From an uncultured Clostridia bacterium (GTDB lineage: Bacteria; Bacillota; Clostridia; TANB77; CAG-508), in the NCBI GenBank assembly GCA_944390405.1, contig CALXPS010000006.1:1-59344 (forward strand): a stretch of 59,344 bases of DNA, in the 5' to 3' direction. The translations under genes were made by a program, and so were the position numbers. Below the pieces are notes generated by a model. That model saw nothing but the letters and a program-made list of their open reading frames with translations. It made no database searches and had not been told where the DNA came from. This document shows positions 1-8,788 of the stretch, one piece after another (position 1 is the first letter of the stretch; each line of letters opens with the position of its first letter).

Positions 1-92
1 TTAGAATTAAACCCTTTTTGTAATGCTGGAGCTGTTGATTTTGTAGTTGATGTTTTTCTACCTTTTCTTACTAATTGATTGATTGTTGGCAC
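1..92 (-). CDS. rpsL: 30S ribosomal protein S12, 5' part (runs off the window)
   Basis: GTG start at 92 after RBS AGGAGGTG; translates to MPTINQLVRKGRKTSTTKSTAPALQKGFNS, the S12 N-terminus. Confidence 0.97.
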   Translation of the reverse strand, partial: MPTINQLVRKGRKTSTTKSTAPALQKGFNS

Positions 93-134
93 TTGTTTTT
101 TCACCTCCTGAAAAAATAAACATTAACGTTTTAT

Positions 135-164
135 ATTATACCACTTATATAAGCTAAACGTCAA
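135..164 (-). promoter_or_regulatory. sigma-A promoter of the str operon
   Basis: TTGACG-N18-TATAAT with TG extended -10 on the minus strand. Confidence 0.65.
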
Positions 165-270
165 TACTTTTCGTAATTTTTTTGTTGTAAGTATTTGTTA
201 AGTAATTCGTGGTAAAATTTTTGCCTATAAATCTTTGCGTATAATTTAGATTGTTTTTTATTAAATTTTT

Positions 271-810
271 TTACTTGATTATATTTATATATTCTATTAA
301 TCTTCTTATAACTTCGCTTGTTGTATCTCCTTGCATATTGAATTTGTTTTCTATTTTCTTATATGCATTTTTATAGTATCTTATATCAGCTTTTATATCT
401 TTTAGGTAATAATTCCTTTCAGCTTTTGTTTCTATTATTAGAGGATATACATTATCATCTTCATCAGCATAGACTAATCTTTTTAAAATATTTTCTGGTG
501 TATCTTGAAGTTCTATTGCTATGACTTTAGGCTGTTTCAGTGCGGATATGAAAAATCTTTCGTAGAAAATTGGTGATACTGCTATTACTACATTGTCTTC
601 ATATCTATTTATGATGTCTAATAAAATTTCTCCTCTTTTTTCATGTCGTTCATAATCATTTTGAAATTTCTCTCGAAATGAATCTATTTTTTTATATCTT
701 CTTTTTATTTCGTCATCAATATCATCATAATCGTAGTTTAGTTCTTCACTTAGTCCTTTGCCTGTTGTAGATTTTCCAACATTTGTTATTCCAAATAATA
801 ATATCTTCAT
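271..810 (-). CDS. Shikimate kinase-like P-loop kinase
   Basis: N-terminal GITNVGKST Walker A, D-x-D motif, 179 aa. Confidence 0.75.
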   Translation of the reverse strand: MKILLFGITNVGKSTTGKGLSEELNYDYDDIDDEIKRRYKKIDSFREKFQNDYERHEKRGEILLDIINRYEDNVVIAVSPIFYERFFISALKQPKVIAIELQDTPENILKRLVYADEDDNVYPLIIETKAERNYYLKDIKADIRYYKNAYKKIENKFNMQGDTTSEVIRRLIEYINIIK

Positions 811-872
811 TTATTTAACCTTCCTTTCTTTTTTTATTTTACATTTTATCATAAAATTTTATAAAGGGAAAT

Positions 873-1760
873 ACACTATGATAAAAATTTTATTACTGCT
901 TCGTAAGCAACTCAAAGAAGCTGTAATACCGGCAAATTTATTACTCTTTATTTTCCTTCGTAAATTTACCTAATTTTTTTATCAAAGTTTATTATCTATA
1001 TATTAATTCACTTATTGCTTTATTTTCTAATATCTTCTTTAATTGAGGATATCCTTCTAAACTACCTTGTTTAAATGTATATATGCTTTTTGTTTTTACT
1101 TTTTTCTTTTTCATTTCTTTTATATTTTCTTCTATTTCAGATATATATCTTTCTGCATACTCTATAAAACTTTCTGGTAATATTTGTATATTTAATTTTT
1201 TTATTATATCTGTGCAACTTTCACTTGCATATGTTGTTATTACTTTAGCTATATTTTCTGAACCGTTTTTGCTCCAACTCATTCTTTTTTTCTTCATTCT
1301 CCTTGTAAGTCTACATTTCTTCATCTTCTGTATCTCTCACATGTGTTGCTATCTTTTCTTTTAGATGATAACTATCTGCTTCTTGGTATATTGTTGGCGT
1401 TTCCTTAGTTCCTGCCTGCAATTTATCATTTTGATGTGCTTCAACTTTTTCTTTTTCATATTGTTTTATTTCTTCTCCTAATCTTTGCACTATATTCCAT
1501 ACTGCTACTCCACTAATTGATAATCCTGTCATATTATTTATCATTTTAGCACATACTCTGTATGATACTTCTGATATTTTTTGTGCAACTAATTCTATTA
1601 TTCCTCCTGATACTTGTCCCATTTCTTTTATTTTTAATATTTCATCCGTTAGATATACACATTTGTTTTTACCATTTTCTTGTTTTTGGATATATTTAGT
1701 TCTTGTATATTCTACTAATCCCGTTTTTGCTTTTACTGTTGTTTTGCCCTTCTTGTTGAT
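873..1760 (-). pseudogene. Decayed ISLre2/UPF0236-family transposase remnant
   Basis: Fragments GLVEYTRT..., SYRVCA...WNIVQRLG...IYQEAD and RRMKKKRMSWSKNGSEN; 5'-truncated and internally deleted; boundaries approximate. Confidence 0.75.
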
Positions 1761-1865
1761 TGCACTTGTTCATTAAGCGAAACTGCAGTGAAGATATTTT
1801 TTTGAATTGCTATATCTAAATTTTGATTTTTTAATAATGAAAAAGTGAAAAAATTAATTTAAGTT

Positions 1866-1917
1866 TCTATCAAAAACGTGAAAAAATGTGATAAATTATC
1901 TATCAAAAACGTGAAAA
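1866..1917 (+). repeat. 19-bp direct repeat, putative operator
   Basis: TCTATCAAAAACGTGAAAA at 1866-1884 and 1899-1917 (33-bp period), just upstream of a -35 box. Confidence 0.8.
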
Positions 1918-1922
1918 TACTA

Positions 1923-1951
1923 TTGACAAAATATAAAATATCTTTTATACT
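1923..1951 (+). promoter_or_regulatory. sigma-A promoter of the AAA ATPase gene
   Basis: TTGACA-N17-TATACT, followed by RBS AAGGAAGGTGG. Confidence 0.75.
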
Positions 1952-1969
1952 AAACTTAAGGAAGGTGGA

Positions 1970-3276
1970 ATGATGAAACGAAAAATATATGATGAGTTAG
2001 TCTATTGGAAAAATACTAATATTCAAAAACCATTAATGATTATAGGTGCAAGGCAAATTGGGAAAACATATATCATTAAACAATTTTGTGAAAAAGAATT
2101 CCAAAAAAATATATATATTAATATATTAGAACATCCAGAAATAATAAAAATATTTAAAGAAGAAATTAATACATTAGAAAAATTTAACAGAATGAAAATA
2201 TATTTAGATATCGATATAGATTTAGATAATACAATAATTTTCTTTGACGAAATACAAGAAAGTGAAGAATTAATTAGCAGTCTAAAGTATTTTAATGAAA
2301 GTAAAGAACCTTTTAAAATAATTTGTGCTGGAAGTTTATTAGGTGTAAAGCTAAAAAGAATGAAAACTTCTTTTCCTGTAGGAAAAGTAAAAATGTTAAA
2401 CATGTATCCTATGGATTTTGAAGAATTTTTAATGGCAAACGAGAGCATGAATCTAATCAATGAAATAAGAAAATGCTATAAAAAAAATGAAGCAATGGAT
2501 CCAGTATTACATGAAAAAGCGTTAAATTTATATAGATTGTATTTATGTATTGGAGGAATGCCAGAGGCAATAAATAATCTTTTAGATAATAATAAAGATA
2601 TATTAAAATTCGACAAAAGTATTATTGAAGATATTATTCAATCATATATAAATGATATGAATAAATATGTACAAAATAAATCAGAAGCCGTTAAAATAGA
2701 AACTATATATAAATCTATTCCATCTCAACTAATAAATAAAAGTAATAAATTCCAATACGGTAAAATATCCTCTAATGCTAGGAAAAGAGATTTTGAAACT
2801 GCACTAGATTGGTTAATTTCTAGCACAATGGTAAATAAATGTTCAATTTTGAATAAGGTTGAGATTCCTCCTCTTCGGATTTGTTAATGAAGATCATTTT
2901 AAACTATATTTGAGTGATATTGGTATTTTGTTAAGTTTATTACAGATAAAATATAATGATGTAATTTTAGATAAACTTTTATTATATAAAGGAATTATTG
3001 CTGAAAATTATGTTGCTACACAATTATTAGTAAATAAACATTCTTTAATGTATTGGGAATCTCGGAAATCAAGCAGAAGTAGATTTTATTTTATATAATG
3101 ATGATGGAATAATTCCAGTAGAAGTTAAAGCTGATAATAACATTGGAAGTAAAAGTCTAAAAATATATATGAATAGATATCATCCAAATTATGCAATTAG
3201 GATTTCAACCAAAAATTTTGGTTTTGCAAATAATATAAAGTCAGTCCCATTATATGCAGTATTTTTAATAAAATAA
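1970..3276 (+). CDS. AAA_14/DUF4143-type ATPase (~434 aa) read across two +1 CGG-A frameshifts at 2876 and 3063
   Basis: GARQIGKT Walker A, FFDEIQ Walker B; the next frames give KLYLSDIG, GIIAENYV, AEVDF and IPVEVKA; stop TAA at 3274-3276. Confidence 0.85.
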
Positions 3277-3288
3277 TTATCCCTATCC

Positions 3289-3320
3289 CGAGGCGACTAG
3301 AATTGCCTCGAGACTTTTTT
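3289..3320 (+). terminator. Intrinsic terminator
   Basis: CGAGGCGA/TTGCCTCG stem followed by a T run. Confidence 0.6.
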
Positions 3321-3347
3321 ACAGTAAGTAGCTTGTTTTCCTTGTCC

Positions 3348-4022
3348 TGGATCTATGTCAAGTTTTTAGACACATTTTTCTACGAATTTATATATTTTTT
3401 TCAAGCTTCGCTTGAGCAGTTGATATAAATATTAAAGGAAACCCTTAACATTTATATCAACTTTAATTTATGCTATATTTTTTATATATTCATTATATTT
3501 TTGATTTGGTGTTTTGTAATCAAGAGTACTATGTATTCTTACATTATTATACCAGCTTTCTATAAATTCAAATATAGCTAATTTCGCTTCATTAAATGTT
3601 TCATACGTATTTACATTTACTTCTTCTTTTTTTAATATGGCATTGAAGCTTTCCATACTTGCATTATCATATGGATAACCTTTCTTACTATAAGAATGTT
3701 TTATATTATTTTCCTGTAACAAATTTTCATATTCATTTGATGTATATTGACTTCCTAAATCTGAATGAAATATCATTCCTTTTGTTATTGTATAGGAAAA
3801 ATCAGCTTTTATCTTAGCTTTATATAAGATTTTTCCGTATACAACAAGAAAAGTAACATATAAAAGACCCGCTTTAGATTTACTTATGTGGCTTTGCCAC
3901 TTTTCTTAAATTCCTCTGTATACGTTTTCATATATTAGACACTCCTTTTACATTTACATAATATTATATCATTTTTTTTTCAATTCGTAAAATTTTGTGT
4001 CTATATATCTATTCTAACACCA
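3348..4022 (-). mobile_element. Internally deleted IS3-family element
   Basis: Ends TGG-N17-AGACACA in inverted orientation; OrfA start MKTYTEEFKK with RBS AAGGAG; OrfB C-terminal integrase fragment. Confidence 0.8.
3468..3776 (-). pseudogene. IS3 OrfB DDE transposase C-terminal fragment
   Basis: FHSDLGSQY, PYDNASMESF and WYNNVRIHSTLDYKTP motifs. Confidence 0.9.
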
Positions 4023-4058
4023 TTTTTGTCAATAGATTTTTTATTTTTTTGTTTTCTA

Positions 4059-4241
4059 GTTGCATATTTCCCTCCTCATTAAGCAAAACCGCAGAGAAGA
4101 TATGTTTTGAAAAAGTCAACAAGTCTCCCACTGCGTGGGAAGTGACCTTAGGCCCCATATGGTGACCCTCGCGACTTGACTTTTTCAAAACATATCTTCT
4201 CTGCGGTTTTGCGACAAGTGCTAATCATATACATATGTAAC
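4059..4241. mobile_element. Hairpin MITE-like element with a perfect 37-bp inverted repeat
   Basis: GCAAAACCGCAGAGAAGATATGTTTTGAAAAAGTCAA at 4083-4119 and its reverse complement at 4176-4212; ends GTTGCATAT...ATATGTAAC. Confidence 0.65.
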
Positions 4242-4243
4242 AT

Positions 4244-5023
4244 CTATTCTTCAAATTTATATATATATGGTTTTATATCTGGTAGTAAATCATGTACATA
4301 TATTTTTGTCCCATCTTCTGTTGTTAAAGTTACATTAGGATATGTCATTATCATTTTTTTATTTCCCCAGTACTTATTTATAAATTCTGCTTTTTCTGGG
4401 TCTCCATAAATTCTATTATATTGCTCTATTACTTTTTCTTTGTTTTTTATATTTAAATTATTTTCTACTGCCATTCTCATTAAGAATAGATTCATCGCAA
4501 TACCTGAAACTAATGCATTTACTATCATAAATATTATTCCTACACAAGTTATTGTTTTTAGTTTTTTTATATTTATTTTAGTTTTTATATATTTAATAAA
4601 TCTATCAACTTGTGGATTTATTATTCTTATTAGCATTAAGCTCAAAATTCCCCAAAATATTGCATATAATAAGCATATTCTGCCATTTATATTTAATACT
4701 CTGTTAGAATAATCCCACCAACGTGCATCAAATATTATTTCTCCTAAAAAGCTTATAATATATTCAACAATAGAACCAACTAAACATCCTCCTAGAAATA
4801 GTGTATAATTGTTCTTATTAAAATATCTTAATGACAGAATTAATACAACTGCTCCTACTCCATATATGCCACAAAATGGTCCATAAAGAAAACTTTTTCT
4901 ACTTTCTAATACATTGTAGTTTATTAACGCAAATAGAGTTTCTACTACAAACCCTACGAAACTATATATTATAAAATATGCAAATATTTTCCATATACTT
5001 ATTTTCTGTATTTTTTTCTCCAT
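4244..5023 (-). CDS. Putative ABC transporter permease (CmpB/DUF1113-like membrane protein)
   Basis: YSFVGFVVE, FLYGPFCGIYG and WWDYS...NINGRICL motifs. Confidence 0.8.
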   Translation of the reverse strand: MEKKIQKISIWKIFAYFIIYSFVGFVVETLFALINYNVLESRKSFLYGPFCGIYGVGAVVLILSLRYFNKNNYTLFLGGCLVGSIVEYIISFLGEIIFDARWWDYSNRVLNINGRICLLYAIFWGILSLMLIRIINPQVDRFIKYIKTKINIKKLKTITCVGIIFMIVNALVSGIAMNLFLMRMAVENNLNIKNKEKVIEQYNRIYGDPEKAEFINKYWGNKKMIMTYPNVTLTTEDGTKIYVHDLLPDIKPYIYKFEE

Positions 5024-5053
5024 CTATTACTTTCCTCCATATTTTTAAAGAAT

Positions 5054-5080
5054 GAGCGACCTCTGGTTGGTCGCCTGCTA
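5054..5080. repeat. Single REP-like GC hairpin or terminator
   Basis: GCGACC-TCTGGTT-GGTCGC palindrome in an AT-rich intergenic region. Confidence 0.45.
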
Positions 5081-5095
5081 TATTTTTGTATTTTA

Positions 5096-5824
5096 TTATT
5101 CTACTATTGTTCCTTGGCTCTCTTCTTTAAATGTTGACTTTACAATTATTTTTACTTTCTTCTCCTGAGCTAATTTTACGCATTTATTATGTAAAACTCT
5201 CGCTCCATTATTAGCCATTTCTAACATTTTTTCATATGATATTTTATCATACCTTATTGCATTTTTATTTTTATTTGGGTCTTCTGAGTATACTCCATCT
5301 ACATCTGTAAATATCTCGCATTTTTTTGAGTTTAAAGCAGCTGCTAATGCTATTGCTGTTGTGTCTGAGCCTCCTCTGCCCAATGTTGTTATATCTCCAT
5401 TTTTGTCAATCCCTTGGAATCCTGCAACTACTACAATTTTACCTTTTTCTAAGTCCTGTATGACTTTACTTGTTTTTACTTCTGTAACATTTGCATCCCC
5501 AAAGTTTGAGTCTGTAATTATTGGAACTTGCCATCCTAAGTACGCTTTCGCCTCATAGCCTAGCTCTTCTAAACACATTGCTAACTTTGCAACTGATATT
5601 TGTTCACCCACTGACACTAACATGTCATGTTCTCTTTTGTTTGGTTTGTCTGTAATTTCTTTTTCCTGCCTAATTAAATCATCTGTTGTTTTTCCTTGTG
5701 CGGAAACTACCACTACTACTGCGTTTCCTTTGTTTTTTTCTTTTGTAATGTGCTTGCAAACATTAAATAATTTGTCTGTGTTTGCGACAGAACTTCCTCC
5801 AAATTTTTGTACAATTATTTCCAT
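5096..5824 (-). CDS. lysC: Aspartate kinase, catalytic domain only
   Basis: VQKFGGSS, VVSAQGKTTD and TTLGRGGSDTTA motifs; no ACT domains. Confidence 0.9.
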   Translation of the reverse strand: MEIIVQKFGGSSVANTDKLFNVCKHITKEKNKGNAVVVVVSAQGKTTDDLIRQEKEITDKPNKREHDMLVSVGEQISVAKLAMCLEELGYEAKAYLGWQVPIITDSNFGDANVTEVKTSKVIQDLEKGKIVVVAGFQGIDKNGDITTLGRGGSDTTAIALAAALNSKKCEIFTDVDGVYSEDPNKNKNAIRYDKISYEKMLEMANNGARVLHNKCVKLAQEKKVKIIVKSTFKEESQGTIVE

Positions 5825-5932
5825 TATGGAACCTCTTTTTTATATAAAATACCCATAACATTTAAATTTAAATATTACTTTGTTTATTCTTGCATATTAT
5901 ATAACATTTTCTACAATTTTGTGAATAGTTTT

Positions 5933-7040
5933 TTAAGATTTTACTGTTGTTTTTAAATAGCTTTCAATAAATCCATTTAGATTACCATTCATCACTGCTT
6001 CTATATTTCCTTCTTCATAATTGGTTCTATGGTCTTTTACAAGTGTATATGGGCAAAATACATATGAACGAATTTGGCTGCCCCATGCTATATCTCTTTG
6101 TATTCCTTTTAGGTTTTCTATTTTTTCCTTTTGTTCTTTTTCTTTTAGTTCTAATAGCTTGGATTTTAACATTGTCATTGCATATTCCCTATTTTGTGTC
6201 TGAGATCTTTCTGTTTGACAAGCTGTAACTATTCCTGTTGGTATATGTGTTAATCTTACTGCTGATGAGGTTTTGTTTACTTTTTGTCCTCCTGCACCTG
6301 AAGCACGATATACATCCATTTTTATATCTTCTGGGTTTATATCTAGTTTTATATCTTCTGTTATTTCTGGCAACACTTCTGCTGATGCAAATGATGTGTG
6401 TCTTCTTCCTCCAGCGTCAAATGGAGATATTCTAACTAATCTATGAACTCCCATTTCACCTTTTAAATATCCATATGCATTTTCTCCTTTTACTAGAAAT
6501 GTTACATTTTTTATTCCTGCTTCATCTCCTTCTAGATAATCTAATTCTTGCACTTCAAATCCATTATTTATAGCCCATTTTGTGTACATTCTATATAACA
6601 TTTCTACCCAGTCTTGTGCTTCTGTTCCTCCAGCTCCTGGATGAAGTGTTACTATTGCGTTATTTTTATCATATTTGCCTGAAAGAAGAGTTCCTAACTC
6701 TATTTTTTTTATTTTTTCTTCTAAGTTTATTGTGCTTTTTAAAACTTCTTTTCCTAATTCTATGTCTTCTTCTTCAATCAATAATTCATTTAAACTTTCT
6801 AGGTTTTCTATTTCTGCTTGCAATTTTCTATAGTTTTCTATTTTACTTTGAATTCTTTTCATTTTTGTTAAAATTATACTTGATTTTTCTTGATTATCCC
6901 AAAAATCTGGTTTTGATATTTTCTGTTCTAATTTTTTTTTCTCTTCTTCTAGATTTGAAATGTCAAAGTGAATCACCTATTGTTTTTAGTTTTTCTTTTA
7001 GTAATATTATTTTATGTTTGTTTTCTTCTAATTCTATCAA
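5933..7040 (-). CDS. prfB: Peptide chain release factor 2 with canonical +1 programmed frameshift (~368 aa)
   Basis: TTG start at 7040, 25 codons to CTT-TGA-C (6968-6962) with upstream AGGTGA; SPF and GGQ motifs. Confidence 0.97.
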
Positions 7041-7156
7041 ATTAGTATCACCCTTTCTTTTTTCATAGTGTATTAAAATAAAGATGTATTAACATCTTTA
7101 TTTTACATTTTTACAATATATCATGTATGTTCTTCTTTGTCAAATTACTTGCCTAT

Positions 7157-7676
7157 TTAAGCTATTTTTTCTATATCTATTCTTGCATTATCATACCTTA
7201 TATCTTCAATAGATACTCCATTTAATCTTAAAATATCGCCTGCCTGTAATCTTATTATTACTGTACTTGTTAACGTCATTCTATTGCTTGGACTATTTCT
7301 TATTACTGGCGATTCGTTGAAAGTATCTTGTATTGGCTCATTATTTACTGATAATATAGCATTAAAATTAAATGTTCCTGACACACTTTGAACTCCATAT
7401 AACTGGTAAGATACTTGATATATCCCTGTTTGGTTTATTAAAATTTCATCACTACCTTCAGTATGGCTTATTGCTGTTCCTTCTATTATATTATTTTGGC
7501 TAAATTTAATTGCAGTTGTTCCGAAGTTCTGTATTATCTCCATTTTTGGCAATTGCAACTAAAATACTGGGCTTATTTACATTATTATTTACAACAATAA
7601 TTGCTAAAATTATTATAATAATTAATAATAAAGATATGGTTACTGCTTTAATTATATTACTACATCCACAACACAT
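7157..7676 (-). CDS. Membrane-anchored BclA C-terminal/C1q-like protein (~172 aa) read across a +1 CGG-A frameshift at 7523
   Basis: RBS GAGGAGG, ATG at 7676, MCCGCS plus TM helix, 51 codons, then C-GGA ACA ACT GCA ATT into a domain with ILINQTGIYQVSY and IIRLQAGDILRL. Confidence 0.7.
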
Positions 7677-7845
7677 AAAATTCCTCCTCTTTATATGTTA
7701 TGAATAAATTAAACACTTTGTTATTAAGCCTAACTAAATATTATATTTTTTAACATTTTCATTTTACTATGCTCTATTTTACCATATTGGTTTACATTAA
7801 ATCCAAAAATGATTTTATTATTATATGTATATTGTCTAATTAAAA

Positions 7846-8658
7846 TCACTCTATTTTTTTTGCATGAAGTACAATTCGGTATTTGTTATTATTAGCGCAA
7901 GTAGAAAGAGTTAAGATTGTATCTTTATCTGAAACTTCTTCATTAAAGTTTTTAATACTTCTTTCTTTTACTTCTTCTATAAACTTTGCAAATTCAGTAT
8001 CTTCAAATTCTGTTTGAATATAATAGTCTTCTTTTAATATTTGATAAATAGAAAATACTCTATATTTATAATTATTATCTTCTGTGGCAAATATTATCTC
8101 CATATTTGTTTCATTATTATACCAACTTTCATCCAGAACATTTTTTAAAGTTCCAAACATAGATCCATCTCGTCTATTATGTCCAAAAATAACTATGTTT
8201 TTATCAGTTCCATCTAACTTGTTCTTATAATCTGCAAAAATCCATCCTGCTGAATTATAAGTTTTGTCAAAACTATGTGTCAAATAATAAGAATTATCAT
8301 CTGCTTTAACAATAGGATATTCTATTTTAGTATTATTAACTTTTATCCAAGCTACTGTGTCAGAATTTTGCTGTTTTAAAGCTTTAAAATCTATACTATA
8401 TTTATCTTTATCATTTTCTTCTTTTTCATTATTTATAGTTACAAAACTTGAAAGCTGTTTTGCAATTTCATTATTTGATTTATTTTCTTTATACCATTGA
8501 TATATTTCAATAATAGAGAAAATAATAACTCCTAGAAAAATTATTTGAAAAATAATAATTATTTTGGATAATATTTTTTTATTATTTTTTCTATTATGTT
8601 GCTTTTTTTCTTTTTTATCCTTTTTTATTTCTATCTTACTTTTTGAATGTTTTCCCAT
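7846..8658 (-). CDS. srtB: Class B sortase
   Basis: N-terminal TM, IFGHN..DGSMF, TLSTC catalytic motif and downstream Arg. Confidence 0.92.
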   Translation of the reverse strand: MGKHSKSKIEIKKDKKEKKQHNRKNNKKILSKIIIIFQIIFLGVIIFSIIEIYQWYKENKSNNEIAKQLSSFVTINNEKEENDKDKYSIDFKALKQQNSDTVAWIKVNNTKIEYPIVKADDNSYYLTHSFDKTYNSAGWIFADYKNKLDGTDKNIVIFGHNRRDGSMFGTLKNVLDESWYNNETNMEIIFATEDNNYKYRVFSIYQILKEDYYIQTEFEDTEFAKFIEEVKERSIKNFNEEVSDKDTILTLSTCANNNKYRIVLHAKKIE

Positions 8659-8703
8659 AAATTCATCCTGCCTTTTGCAATTTTTTGAATATATTATATA
8701 GTT

Positions 8704-8741
8704 AAAATATGCACTTAATATAAAAAGAAAAGTGCATATTT
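8704..8741. terminator. Hairpin/terminator downstream of the surface protein gene
   Basis: AAAATATGCACTT...AAGTGCATATTTT inverted repeat. Confidence 0.55.
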
Positions 8742-8788
8742 TATTTTATTTATTTTTATATAAATTTTTTGTGTGTTGTATTATTATC

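Noticed and set aside
992-1760. Breaks in the ISLre2-like transposase as recoding sites
   Set aside because: The junctions are large deletions and truncations without an in-frame CGG; ordinary decay
6962-6980. prfB frameshift as part of the new CGG system
   Set aside because: It is the well-known CTT-TGA-C autoregulatory +1 shift with an internal SD; it is stop-codon driven and not novel
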